A stretch of DNA of 64,000 nucleotides, taken from NCBI RefSeq assembly GCF_006345805.1, contig NC_043004.1:31310001-31374000 (forward strand), given 5' to 3'. The stretch is from Octopus sinensis (lineage: Eukaryota). The translations under genes were made by a program, and so were the position numbers. Below the pieces are notes generated by a model. That model made no database searches, was not told the origin of the DNA, and saw nothing but the letters and a program-made list of their open reading frames with translations. Shown here piece by piece: positions 26,285 to 39,036 of this stretch; the first letter of the stretch is position 1; the number at the start of each line of letters is the position of its first letter.

Positions 26285-29200
26285 TTATCTATTATTATTA
26301 CTATTATTTAAGACGTTGCACAGTATCCAATATTGTGATGTTGTTGGTTGATGATATAGTGCCTACCGGGAGTTTGTTCTGTCTGTCAAGTCCCAACAAG
26401 GACCTCAGACAAACACTACTTTATGCAATAAGTATGCAGTTCCAAGTAATGCCGGTTTTTGCAATACACCTAGATTGTAAGATATTTCTAAAGTTTCCAG
26501 ATGCTTTCTCAGGTTGGGTGGTATTGAACCCAATGCTCCAAGGATAATAGATGACTCTTGTAGCTGCCACATCTTGGCAATTTCAATTCTCAGCTCTCCA
26601 TATTTATCAATCTTTTCTCTTTATTTCATGATAATATGTTGATCTTCTGGCACTGACACATTGATTATTAGGCATTCTTAATTGTCCCTCCTAAAGATTA
26701 CCATATCTGGCTTTCGGTGCTCTAACACCTTGTCTATCTGCAAGTCAAAGTCCCAAACAATTTTTGTCTTCCCCTTTTCATCCATTACATTTTCCAGTGT
26801 ATGTTGGTATCAAGCACCTTTTACCTCGTATCCATACTGCTGCATAGTAGCCAGTGAAAGTTTTGGGCTGCCTTGTTCTCTCCGCACTTTTACTCTTTCT
26901 GCACAAGACTTTTACAAGCACCAATAATGTGAGTCATGCTTTCGACCTTCTTACCACACATTCTACAAAAGTTTGTTGCACTTTTGTGGAATATATCCCT
27001 TTTTGCTGAGTTGGTATTCAAAGCCTGGTCCTGGGCAGTGATCATGAGGCTTTCAGTTTTCATTTTTAGGCTACCCTTGCTGAGTCACCTCCATGATGCT
27101 TCCTGGTCTTTTAATTTGTTAGTTTCACAGTGGAACTGACCATGTAATTCCATGGCTATTCATGATTGGTAAATCCTTCTGCATTAGCAGCATACTGCAG
27201 CAGGTTTTGTTTGCTGTTTACCAAATATTCTGCTATGTTTCTTCTTTCACTGTTGATGCACTCCCATATGCTAATCAGCCCACGTCCACCTTTACACTTC
27301 TTCATGTAAAGCCTGTGTACATTTTCCTTAGGGTGGAGGGCACCATGACTACAGCCCATATGTTGATAGTAGTCACAAGGTTCTTTGATTTAAGTTTTAA
27401 TTTCAAGAGAAGTTTGAGGCGCTTCAAATATGCAGTGATGACCTCGTCTTTCATTTCTTTGCGCAAAATATTGTCCAGCTCCAAGATCCCAAGGTACTAG
27501 TACCCATCATCATCCGGGTCTTCCATTCCCTCTCTGTTTGACGATTCTATGCCCCTGCAATCTGCTCTTTTCTCCTGTTTCAAAGTGAGCACTGCACACT
27601 TCGAGATACTGAATTCCATCCCTATATCCTTACTGCACATCTGTACAGTTTCAACCAGCCTCTCCATTTCAGGTTCTGTTTTTGCAAACAGCTTTAAATC
27701 ATCCATGAAGAGAAGGTGATTGAGACAAGGTCCATTCTTTCACAGCTAATATTGTGTGTTGACTTTGCATAGGGCTACAAAAAGTGGGATCAAAACTATA
27801 ACAAATAACAAAGGTGAAGAAGAGTCTCGCTGGAAGATACTTCTTTTGATTGTTACCTCAGTTAAGTGCTGGTTGTTACAGAAAAGACATGTTTTCCAAC
27901 TAGGTATGCTGTTCTTAATCAGTGCACACATGTTCTCAGCTATTCCACATATGTCGAGTGTTTCCAAAATCCACAAATGCGGCAACATGTCGTAAGCCTT
28001 TTTAAAGTCTATCTAGGCCATGCACAAGTTGTTTTGGTATCATTTGCAGTTCTTCATTACAACCTTGTCTATCACAAGGTGATCTTTGGTACCCTTGTAG
28101 ATCTTTTTCAGCATACCTTTTGTTCTACTGGAAGTAGATTGTTTTCTACAAGGAACATATATATTTTCCCTGTGAGGATCCTGTTAGAACTTTCCATAAG
28201 AGGTTAAGACAAGTAATGGGTTGATAATTACTAATTTTATTGCCCTTTGACTGATCTTTCCTCAACCATGTCCTCTTTCCCTCTACAATCCACTCTAGAA
28301 CTACACCACTCTGTGGGCAATTGTCTAATTGCAACGCAATTCACTTGTGTGTTGACCTAAACCACTTAAGCCAACAGCCTTTAATTCTGTCTGGTCCTGC
28401 TGCTTTCCAGTTTGGCAGTTTTGATACCTGTGCAATTACATCAAAGTGTTGTTATGCACCTGGTCCTGTCATAAAACATTCCAGGTGATAGAGTTCGGAT
28501 CTCACGGAATGAATCCACTCAGCACCGTGGTTGTGGAAACTTCTTGCCCCCAGATGTTATTCCAAAATTGGCAGGTTTCCTCTGCTTCGGGAGGTATATT
28601 ATCTTCTGCATTTCCTTCTGAGCTCTTAAAAAACTACCTCTGGTTATTTGAGAATAACTTGTTTTACTGGCACTGTGGTATGCAATCAGTGTAGCATTGC
28701 ACCTTTAATGTTTTTACCTGCATGCGTTGTTTTAGGGTTTCCATAACAGTTTTGAACTCTTTCTTTTCTATTTGGTGTTTTGCATCAAGATATGCCTTTG
28801 CACCTTTTTTAGCATTTTTTTCATTGCCCTTTTATGCAACTCAGATCTTTACGCAAAGTTTTAATAGTGGCTTCAATTTTCTGCTTCCACCATGGCTTCT
28901 TTTGTCCATCTCCTTTCTGCTCTTTCTTTCTTTCCAACCAGTTCACCTACTAAAATTGAAGCAGATTTGATCAAGTCCCTTGTTTCTGTTAGATCTTTTG
29001 TCAGAATGTGTTTCAGAATCTCATCAAACTTTTGGGTCATGCTTTTCACATTGTTACAGTCAAAACTTCTAAAATTCACCAGCTCAGTCTCAGTTCTTAT
29101 AATTATTATATCCTCAAGGCTTGTCTTAAGGTTTTTTTTGTTCCTCAATTATATCCTCTCATAATACAGAGTTTTCTACATTATATTGATTGACTGGCCT

Positions 29201-29600
29201 CTCCTCTACTACAACTTCACCTCACCTATTCATTCGCCACATTAAGAAAGCCTCTATTCCAAATTATTCTTATCTGATTCATAAACCTATTTTCAGTAAT
29301 CTGGAACATACCCAGCTAGTTCCAAAGTTCTAATGATATTTTTCTGACAGCTCTACATTTGCCATTGTTCTTGTCTAGCAAGGCTTGCTCATGGCACTTA
29401 ATTGCCTTTTTGTTCATATCAACAGACCACTTGCATTTGCAAGCACATTGCATATTTTGACCAGTAAAAGGACTATGACTGGTTGGAGTTTGGATTTCCA
29501 CTCCATTGCCCTCTAAAGGCACGGGAGATTTCCAAACTAGGCACAGGAGATCTGGTGTCTTGGACATCCAGGGGGAGTCTTCCTGTTCATACTATTATTT
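26285..29600 (-). mobile_element. Near-full-length decayed R4/Dong-clade non-LTR retrotransposon (RT plus REL endonuclease)
   Basis: Minus strand in order: N-terminal KWS.DMNK, EPWW-like region, NYQPITCLN, KKAYDMLPH, HLLFMDDLKLF, CCHC knuckle CRMCGKKVESMTHIIGAC, RKPDMV...INVSVP; 3' end runs into (TAA)n-like aataataatagtaataataat. Confidence 0.9.
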
Positions 29601-29724
29601 GGGTTTGAAATTGTTATCATCATTACAAAGAATGAGAATGATTTTTTTACAAAGTCTGCTCCCCAGGTGTATTTATTTGAGATTTTCCTGTACAGGATTA
29701 TCCCAAATAAAACACCAGCTCTAA

Positions 29725-30320
29725 CTTGGTTGCTGGCCAGGGCTTTGGGACACCAAGTTCACCGTGTTACTATTATCATTATTATTCTTGAGTGAGAGAG
29801 CAGTGCATGCCATCAAAGTGACACTGGGGTAAAATATATGAAGCCCAGTATACCTATCATGACTACCTGTCTGATAAGGGTACACATGCATCACAGCCAT
29901 ATGTGCATGACATGGTAATCTCATATCAAGATAAAGAGCACATGACCTTGCAGGTGGGTCCCAGTTAGAATTTTCTTCTGGCCGAGTAAAAAAGTCCCTG
30001 AATAAGGATTAAGGATGTTGAACGAAACGCCCATGTTTCCAGAGGTGAATTATTCAAACCCCAAAGAATACCTCTCAACACATGGCTATGATGCTCCCCC
30101 ACTACTTCTCCTTGTGGTCAGAGATGCACATATCGTCAGCCACTAAGGGACATGCTCAACTGGTTACAGTCAAACAACTGACAAGCAAATCTGTGGTATT
30201 GAGCAGAATATTTGCTGTAGCACATCTTTTATACCAAGACAAAACAATGTACATGATAACACTTCCAATCAGTTAAGATCAGAAGCCATGAGAGCCACTG
30301 CCTGGTACTGCATCAGGGCA
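29725..30320 (-). mobile_element. ~600-bp non-coding interspersed repeat flanked by (TAA)n-type tracts
   Basis: Begins gccctgatgcagtaccaggc directly after (TAA)n at 30321-30412 and ends ctctctcactcaagaataatgataat; I recognise it as a common cephalopod repeat; class uncertain. Confidence 0.55.
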
Positions 30321-30339
30321 TTTATTATTATTATTATTG

Positions 30340-30413
<74 letters not shown>

Positions 30414-30630
30414 CATGTAGTTGGGAAGCAAGCTTCTTACCACACAGCTACACCTTATCTTTTTCTCTGCAACCATATTCTTTATAATTAATTATGGTTT
30501 CTAATTTAAGTACAAAGAAAAGAATTAGCCAATAACATTGATCACAAAACTTAACTGGTAAATTATCTATGGACCCCAAAAAGCAAAGTTGACTCTAGGA
30601 TCTGAACTCAGATTGTAAATAGCTGGAATA

Positions 30631-31004
30631 GGAGCACTCCGTCGGTTACGACGATGAGGGTCCCAGCTGATACGATCAACAGAACAGCTTGCTCGTGGAA
30701 TTAACGTGCAAGTGGCTGAGCATCCCACAGACACGTGTACCCCTAACATAGTTCTCGAGGAGATTCAGCGTGACACAGAGTGTGACAAGGCTGGCCTTTT
30801 GAAATACAGGTACAACAGAAACAGGAAGAAAGAGTGAGAGAAAGTTATGGTGAAAGAGTACAGCAGGGTTCACCACCACCCCCTGCAGGAGCCTTGTGAA
30901 GCTTTAGGTGTTTTCGCTCAATAAACACTCACAATGCCCAGTCTGGGAATCGAAACCGCGATCCTATGACCGCGAGTCTGCTGCCCTAACCACTGGGCGA
31001 CTCC
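30631..31004 (-). mobile_element. tRNA-derived SINE family C1 with a 14-bp target-site duplication
   Basis: aaatagctggaata at 30617-30630 and 31005-31018; B-box-like gtttcgattccc. Confidence 0.9.
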
Positions 31005-31380
31005 AAATAGCTGGAATAAATACTGAAAGGTATTTTTTTCAGATACCCTAATGATTTTGTCAGTTACCACCTTATTTTTAATCATTAATAATACAAACTA
31101 AGCAGCAAACAATCTACTGCATATATAAGACACTAGTAGTAGTAGTAGTAGTAATCACAATAGTTGTAACAGTAGTATCAACAGCAGAAGTAATAGCAGT
31201 TGTAGTAGCATTAGCAACAGTGACAGACACACCAGCAGCAGCATTAGTAACAACAGTAACAGCAACAGCACCAACATTTGTAGCAGCAGTAGCATTAGCA
31301 TCAAGTAATAGCAACAACAGTTGCAGAATTAGCACCACCACCATCCCCCACCACCACCATCATCATCACCAGCATTGTCA

Positions 31381-31760
31381 GTGGAGGCACAATGGCCCAA
31401 TGGTTAGGGCAGCGGGCTCGCGGTTGGAGGATTGCGGTTTCGATTCCCAGACTGGGCGTTGTGTATGTTTATTGACCGAAAACACCTAAAGCTCCACGAG
31501 GCTCCGGCAGGGGGTGGTGGTGACCCCTGTTGTACTCTTTCACTACAACTTTCTCTAACTCTTTCTTCCTGTTTCCTGTCCCCGACTTCCTATGCAACTA
31601 CTGAGCCTGGATGCGCATTTATCCATCCGTCGATGCTCTCGGTGTCGGGGGTTGACCTGCTTTCTCTTCTGCGGGTCTTACAAATAGCAAAGGACCACGT
31701 TTTGGACTTCTCCCATTTTGCGAGCTCTGGGACGAAGACTGTTCGCTCAACAAACAACAG
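31381..31760 (+). mobile_element. tRNA-derived SINE family C2 (same head as C1, different tail)
   Basis: Near-identical to 59885-60280 (-). Confidence 0.85.
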
Positions 31761-31887
31761 TAACAGCAACCAGCATTCTCAACATCAGTGTTGCTAATGA
31801 AGTTATATGAGTGAAACATTAGAGAAAACTATATTATGTAAATGTCAAATATTTAAATATCAGTTGTAGTGTTGTCTATAATCTCTG

Positions 31888-32235
31888 AAAGATGTAAATA
31901 CTCCAGATGTAATTAAAGGTAATTATCAGATCCAACAAGCCTGGACAGATGTAATATATCTACTATAGAGTAACAACAGATGTAATTACTCCAGATGTAA
32001 TTAAAAGTAATTAATAGATCTAACAAGTCCTGGACAGATATCACATATCTACTATAGAGTATTGACATGCGTAATTACTCCAGATGTAATTAAAAGAAAT
32101 TAATACATTCAGCAACCCCTGGACAGATATAATGTCTGCTATAGAGTAATGACAGAAGTAATTACTTCAGATGTAATTAAAAGCAATTAATAGCTCTAGC
32201 AACCCCTGGAGAGATATGATTTGTCTGCAGTATAA
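31888..32235. repeat. ~88-bp tandem minisatellite, about 4 copies
   Basis: act(c/t)cagatgtaattaaa starts at 31900, 31988, 32077 and 32164. Confidence 0.9.
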
Positions 32236-32559
32236 TAATTGACCTGAGAGTTTCTTGCTAATTGGTTTCTCAATATATAATATATGGTCTCTTCTTTGAA
32301 GACAAGAAGAGTCTGTTAGTAGAGTAGGGTCTTTTATAAGATTAGGGTATGCTCAGACATCTCATCTCCACTATCTTTTCTCTCTTTCCAGATGGAGTAG
32401 CCATGTATCTCCTTTACCACAGGACACCTGTTCCTATTCCTCTATCATACTTTAACCTCTCATCACCTGGTATAAAGCTACCTCTTTCAATACCACCCCA
32501 CATACACACTTACTTGTGGGATCTTGACTTGCAAGTTACTAGATAATCTACTAGTGGTT

Positions 32560-32915
32560 GTGTGGTAAGTAGCTTGCTTACCAACCACATGGTTCTGGGT
32601 TCGTTACTATAGCCTTGGGCCGACCAAAGCCTTGTGAGTGGATTTGGTAGATGGAAACTGAAAGAAGCCCATCGTATATATGTATATATATGTGTGTGTA
32701 TATGTTTGTGTGTCTGTGTCTGTGTTTGTCCCCGCAACATGGCTTGACAACCAATGCTGATATGATTACATCCCCATAACTTAGCGGTTCGGCAAAAGAG
32801 ACTGATAGAATAAGAACTAGGCTTACAAAGAATAAGTCCTGGGGTCGATTTGCTCGACTAAGGGTGGTGCTCGAGCATGGCCGCAGTCAAATGACCGAAA
32901 CAAGTAAAAGAGTAA
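32560..32915 (+). mobile_element. tRNA-derived SINE family A with long tail
   Basis: Matches 8360-8760. Confidence 0.85.
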
Positions 32916-34204
32916 AGAGAGAGTAGTACTAGATCCACATAAAAGAACACCCAATATTTCCTTCAAGGTAGTTGGCATTTGGAAGGGCATCCAGCTGTAA
33001 AAGCCATTCCCAAGTAGATACTGGCGTTCAGTGCAGTCTTCTGATTCTCAATGTAGAGAATACCAGCATAGAAAATGGCTGTTCAATGATGATGATGATG
33101 ATGAAAGGGTTTGCATTCATGGCATTTGCATGTCCACTTCTTGTTGGAGAAGATTTTGTTGTTTGCAGGGAATACTAAATGATTGTGTAGAAGGTTTCTT
33201 TTTTACTGAATATTCTTCACTAACATGTAGTAAGTCTAAAATTCATTCTTTATCATTCATTTATCATTCTATGCTTGTTTTTGTTTTTCATACTAGCATG
33301 AGTGAGATGAATATATTATTGAAGCACCGCTTTACAACTTAATCACTTCCTGTTGCTAACATTTAAACAATAATAATTTTGGTTGCTTCAAAGTATTGCA
33401 AAATCTGAAAATAATCTTTTTAGAAAGCTCAAATAAAAATAACGAAGCTATAAAATAAATAACTCAGAAAATATCAGGTAGAATGCTCTTAGATGGGAAA
33501 AAAAAGAGGACAGAATCACCTACAAGAATTGGACCATCCACCTGCTGTAGTCCACTTGAGTGTGATGACTAACTACTAAAATAAGGAGAAACTGACATCT
33601 AATTAAAAGTTTTAAGTATATAAACAATATGTGAATAAATTTCTTTTGGTTTGTTTGTAGCGTTTAGATATGTAAAATAAAATTAATGAGTAATAATAAC
33701 AGTATGAATAATAACTGGTGAGACCTGTGAAAATTCCACAGAACAAAAAAGATTAAGAGAAGCTACTTAAGATAGACAAGATGATTTGCATTTTTATTTT
33801 TATGCTAAGCTTTTATAGTGATGTATAATTTTCATATCTTATCACATTTATTGATAGTTATTAAAGCCTGTAACTTCTGTTGCCTTAATTTCAGGACACA
33901 CTGTATGTGTATATTTTTTTTTTACTTGTTTCAACCATTTGACTGTGGCCATGCTGGAGCACCACCTTTAGTCAAAGAAATCAACCCCAGGACTTATTCT
34001 TTGTAAGCCTAGTACTTATTCTATCGATCTCTTTTGCCAAATGGCTAAGTTACGTATACACACCAATATTGGTTGGCCCAAGGCTATAGTAGAAGATACT
34101 TGCCCAAGGTGCCATGCAGTGGGACTGAACCCGGAACCATGTGGTTGGTAAACAAGCTACTTACAACACAGTCACTCCTTCACCTATATATATGTGTGTG
34201 TGCG

Positions 34205-34235
<31 letters not shown>

Positions 34236-34247
34236 TTATAGATATAC

Positions 34248-34298
<51 letters not shown>

Positions 34299-34327
34299 GG
34301 GATGTTAAATGATGATGATGATGATGA

Positions 34328-34372
<45 letters not shown>

Positions 34373-34482
34373 ATATATATATACATTATGTATGCATGTT
34401 TGTATATATATATATATATATGTATATACATATATAGGCATATATGTATATATATGTATGTATATATATATATATATGTATG

Positions 34483-34524
<42 letters not shown>

Positions 34525-36143
34525 TATGCATGTACGTGTACAATCTCACCACAAACTAGATGCAGTGGAATTGCATCAATGACCAAGTTGTTGTTGGTGT
34601 GATAAAAATTTTTACACCAAATAATGGATGTTTAAGTAAAGTCAACGGTCATTGTGAGTTTTTGAATGACTAACATGTGTCTTCTACACCATAATTTTTA
34701 AAATTTCAACTCACTCTCAGATCAATTCACTTACATGGCAAGTACATCTCTGAAATAATAAATTTTATTTGCCACAAATGTAATGAACAAGGAGACATTT
34801 CAGGGAGTGGTATGGTTTTACACACAAATCAAATGGGAAAATGAAAATGTAAAGAAAACAGAGTATAAGAAATCTTTTTAAATGTCTTTAGGATATGACC
34901 GTTACCTGAGGAAAAATAAAGGAATACTATAGATCCTGAAATACCCCATATACCAATGGTAACTATACTGTTCCAGATGTTATCCTCTTTGTCTACAGGC
35001 TGTTATCAAGTTCGCCATTCTCAATTATGAAAGTAACAGTTGTTATGGTTGTAGGGGAATAACAACAGCTGGTTATCCATTTTTTATGATTTAGTGAGTG
35101 GAGGAAGGGTGATGCCTACGACCTTTCTCAGGTTCTCAGAGATTCATGAAAGGTGTTTATTCTCAGAACCAATAAATCTGTTCTGAATGCTCACAACAAA
35201 ATAGACTCAGCTAAAGGTACCAATGAGCAATGAATTAAGTCTACCATCCCACAACAGGAACGTTTCTGTCTACCAAATTTTATTCACATTGCTTTGTGGG
35301 TAGAAGACACTCAAGCAAGGTGCTGTGCCGGAAGATTGAACCAGAAGCTATAAAGTTGTGAAGCAAACTTCTTAACCATATGGCCATGCCTGTGTTACAA
35401 TAAAAAATATTCCATCCATGACCATCCTATCTTTTCAGAGATAATTAAGACTACACTATGTGATGTGACCATCTCATGTAAAATTGGTAAAGTGTGATTT
35501 AAGGAAAACTTGGCTGCCATCTCAAGTAAGTTGGGAAATGATGTTGATTCTATCTTTATAGAAATTATTTTGTGTCTATACCAAACCATACCATTATTTT
35601 TCAGATCATTTGAAACAAAGGGTTCTGGAATCTAGGAATGTGGTCTGTGGAACAAGAAAGTTTTTAAAAGATTATTATAATTATAGTGTAAGTAGAAAAT
35701 TTTCACAGAAAATTTCAGACAAAGAATGGTTGCATTTATTTCTCTCCAATAATCCAGAAGCACAAAAGTAGATTAGCAAAAAAATCTCAATCAATAGACT
35801 TTCTGGCCATGGCCACCTCTCTTTACTGTAGGAACAGTGATTTAAGGTATTACATTAATATAAGAGATTCCATTTAAAAATTTCAAGAAATTATTGAAAA
35901 CATTTGACTGCTATATAGATCTTTCATGGTAAACTCTATAACTAGTAAAACCTTAATTATTTATGTCAACCAAATTATTGTTGATATTATGCTTTAGCTA
36001 TCATGATCAATCAATAGAATAAACATAATATATACTATCATATCCATTAGACCATATCTGATGTTAATTACAGGATATATTTAAAATATAATTGCTTAGC
36101 TTTTGCTATTATTGTTTACTCCACTTCCTGTAACCATAATTAC

Positions 36144-36302
36144 CTTAGATGACAATGCTTTTAAAGTGGGTACATTAAAACACCTTCCTATTGACTTCTC
36201 CCAGTAGGCAGGATGGCCAAGATTTCCTGGAGAAGGTAAACAAGAGCTGCAACAGCCATTCACTTCCTTGAAGCAGTAGAGACACAAATTTCTTATAATT
36301 AG
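36144..36302 (-). CDS. Candidate internal exon (159 nt, phase 0-0, open frame LIIRNLCLYCFKEV...KALSSK); product unknown
   Basis: Strong acceptor ctttctctttgccatttttctttcag and donor AAG/gtaatt; no recognisable homology. Confidence 0.25.
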
Positions 36303-36374
36303 CTGAAAGAAAAATGGCAAAGAGAAAGACAGTACTCATTGTCTTTCAATGTTCTCTTTGACTGAAAGGCATAT

Positions 36375-36935
36375 ATATATCATCATCGTCGTCGTCGTCA
36401 TTTAATGTCCATTTTCCATGCTGGCTTGGGTTGGATGATTTCACAAAAGCTGACCAGCTGAAGGGCTGTTCGGGCTCCATGTCTGTTTTGGCATGGTTTC
36501 AATTGCTGGATGCTTTTCCTAACGCTAACCACTTTACAGAGTGTACTGGGTGCTTTTACACAGCACCAGCATGGGTGATTTTTATGTGGCACCAGCATGC
36601 ATGTGGCACCTACAAGACTGAGGATGCTCAACTGGAAAGAGTCGCAAGGAACAAGCCTGTATGCAAGGGTGACCACACTTTTACTTAGCTTGATGTGTCT
36701 TTTCAAGTACAGCAAACCACCAGGAGTCTCAGTCCCCTGTCATCCCCAGTGAGTCCCAACGTTTGTAGATCCTGTCTCATCCCTTTGTCCTATGTCTTCC
36801 TGGGTCTGCCCCTTCCACACGATCCCTCTACAATTAGATATTGGCACCTCTTAGTGCAACTGTCCTCATTCATATGCATTACATGGCCATACCAGTACAA
36901 TCTTCTCTCTTGTACACTACATCTGATGCTACATA
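36375..36935 (-). mobile_element. RTE-clade LINE 3' end
   Basis: VQERRLYWYGHVMHMNEDSC...GRGRPRKT and the 3' UTR with its (GAT)n tail. Confidence 0.85.
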
Positions 36936-36945
36936 TTCCCATATA

Positions 36946-36976
<31 letters not shown>

Positions 36977-37008
36977 AACACATATACACACACATACATA
37001 CATCCATA

Positions 37009-37043
<35 letters not shown>

Positions 37044-37809
37044 TAACTGAATGAGAGTTGATTTGCTTGAAATTCCAGTTTGGGCCCCTACAAGCTGGTA
37101 GTTGATGAAAAAGTACGAAGAGAAATAATTCCTGGGAGATACGCTTCAGATGAGAAAGATGAAATCTTGGAGAGAAAGTACAATACAAGGAGAAAAATAG
37201 TTAGGTAGTACTTGACCTAGTTTATATTAGAGTGATACGGAATAGGAAAGTTCAGTAAAACACAGATATGTGGTGGGTCAGTGGTTAAACAGTGTTGTTT
37301 GTGTATTCCAGAATGTATGTGGGTGATGGTGGGATAAGGGAAATATTGGAGACATGCAAAGAAATAGGTGTGGCTGTGGAGTTAAGAAGCTTACTTCTCA
37401 GTCATGTGGTGTTGGGTTCAGTCCCACGGTGTGGCACCTTGAGCAAGTATCTTCTACTAATGCCCCAGAATGACCAAAGCCTTGTGAGTGGATTTGGCAA
37501 CAGAAACTGAAAGGAGACCATTGTGCGTGTGTGTGTGTGTGTGCCTTTGTGTCTGTATGTGTATGTGTATCATCCTCATCGTCATCATTGTCGTCATTTA
37601 ACGTCCATTTTCCATGCTGGCATGGGTTGGACGGTTTGACATGGAGCTGCCTAGCTAAGTTGTCCACACTTTGATTGTCTGTTGTGATATGTTTTCTATG
37701 GCTGGATGTCCTTTCTAATGCCAGCCACTTAACAAAGTGTACTGGGTGCTTTTTTACAAGTATATATAAATATATATATTTATACAAGTATATATATATA
37801 TATATATAT

Positions 37810-38740
37810 ATCGGACACACTGCCACCCAGACATACACACAGACACACTCACACATCCACACACATACATACTTACGCGCATACTCGCAGGCGCGCGCAC
37901 ATACGCGCTTGCGCCGGTTCGCGCACGCATACGCGCCGCATACCACCCGCTCTTGGACCGACGAGACCTCCCACCCGTTCCTGGGACCGTCGCGTGTCGT
38001 TGGGTTTTCCCACGCCCGTCTCCGCGGGACCACTCTTCCATCTTCCCCTCAGCTGGAGTCCTTTTTCCTTAACCCCCCCCCCTTTTTCGTTACACACACG
38101 CGCACACATATACACACATTGCCTATATATATACATCACTCTTACACACATTCAATCTACTCGCCATTAATACCACCACGACACTGGACACACACACACC
38201 ACTACTACTCAACACACGCTGGCATGCTACATACGCCCCCACCCCTTCCCCCCCTCCCTTCCTCCTTCCTTCTTTTTTTTTTACTACTGACCTCCCTTCC
38301 TCCTTCCTTCTTTTTCTTACTACTGACCTTGTCTGCTAGCTGACCACTAGTCTCGCCCTACCTCACACGCCTACACACAGACGCACACACTAACACACAC
38401 ATATTTTTTTGTTTTTTCATCTCGCCTCACACACACACATACACACACGCACACGCACACACTCACACATACACACACATCTGTTGCGTTACCAACCTTG
38501 TCTCCACTCTTTTGCCTTTAAAAACCCACTTTGCTCTTGTTATCGTCAACATCCGCCTTTCACCATGTGCAACTCGTAAACACCAGTCGTCTTTTTTCTC
38601 TTTCCCTGTTGCCCGCTCTGGGATCTTTCTTTCCTCTCTCTTCCTTCTTTATGTTTCCGACGAAAGCTCCGCTCGAAACGTCATACCTCCCTGCTTCCAT
38701 TTCCTGAGCGCCTATTAATAATAATACTGTAATTGTTCCT
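37810..38740 (+). mobile_element. CpG-rich Penelope-like 3' remnant with degenerate hammerhead motif (38657-38682)
   Basis: Pyrimidine-rich body ending ccgacgaaagctccgctcgaaacgtc...cctgagcg, related to the 23.1 and 42.3 kb termini. Confidence 0.5.
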
Positions 38741-38793
38741 GTTGTTGTTGTTTTTTTGTTTCCCGTTTGGATTAAAATTATATATATATATAT

Positions 38794-38832
<39 letters not shown>

Positions 38833-38883
38833 TATATAGCTAGATAGATAGATAAATATATAGATAGATAGATAGATAGATAT

Positions 38884-38922
<39 letters not shown>

Positions 38923-39036
38923 TGTTTCTTTATAGATAGATAGATAGATAGATAGATACATACATACATACTATATACATACTACATACATACATACATG
39001 CATACATACATACATACATACATACATACATACATA

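Noticed and set aside
30270-30320. HDV-like ribozyme at the 5' end of the TAA-flanked repeat
   Set aside because: I could not assemble P1/P2/P3/P1.1 pairings convincingly by eye.
31888-32235. CRISPR-like periodicity
   Set aside because: Whole units repeat with no unique spacers; eukaryotic context and no cas genes.
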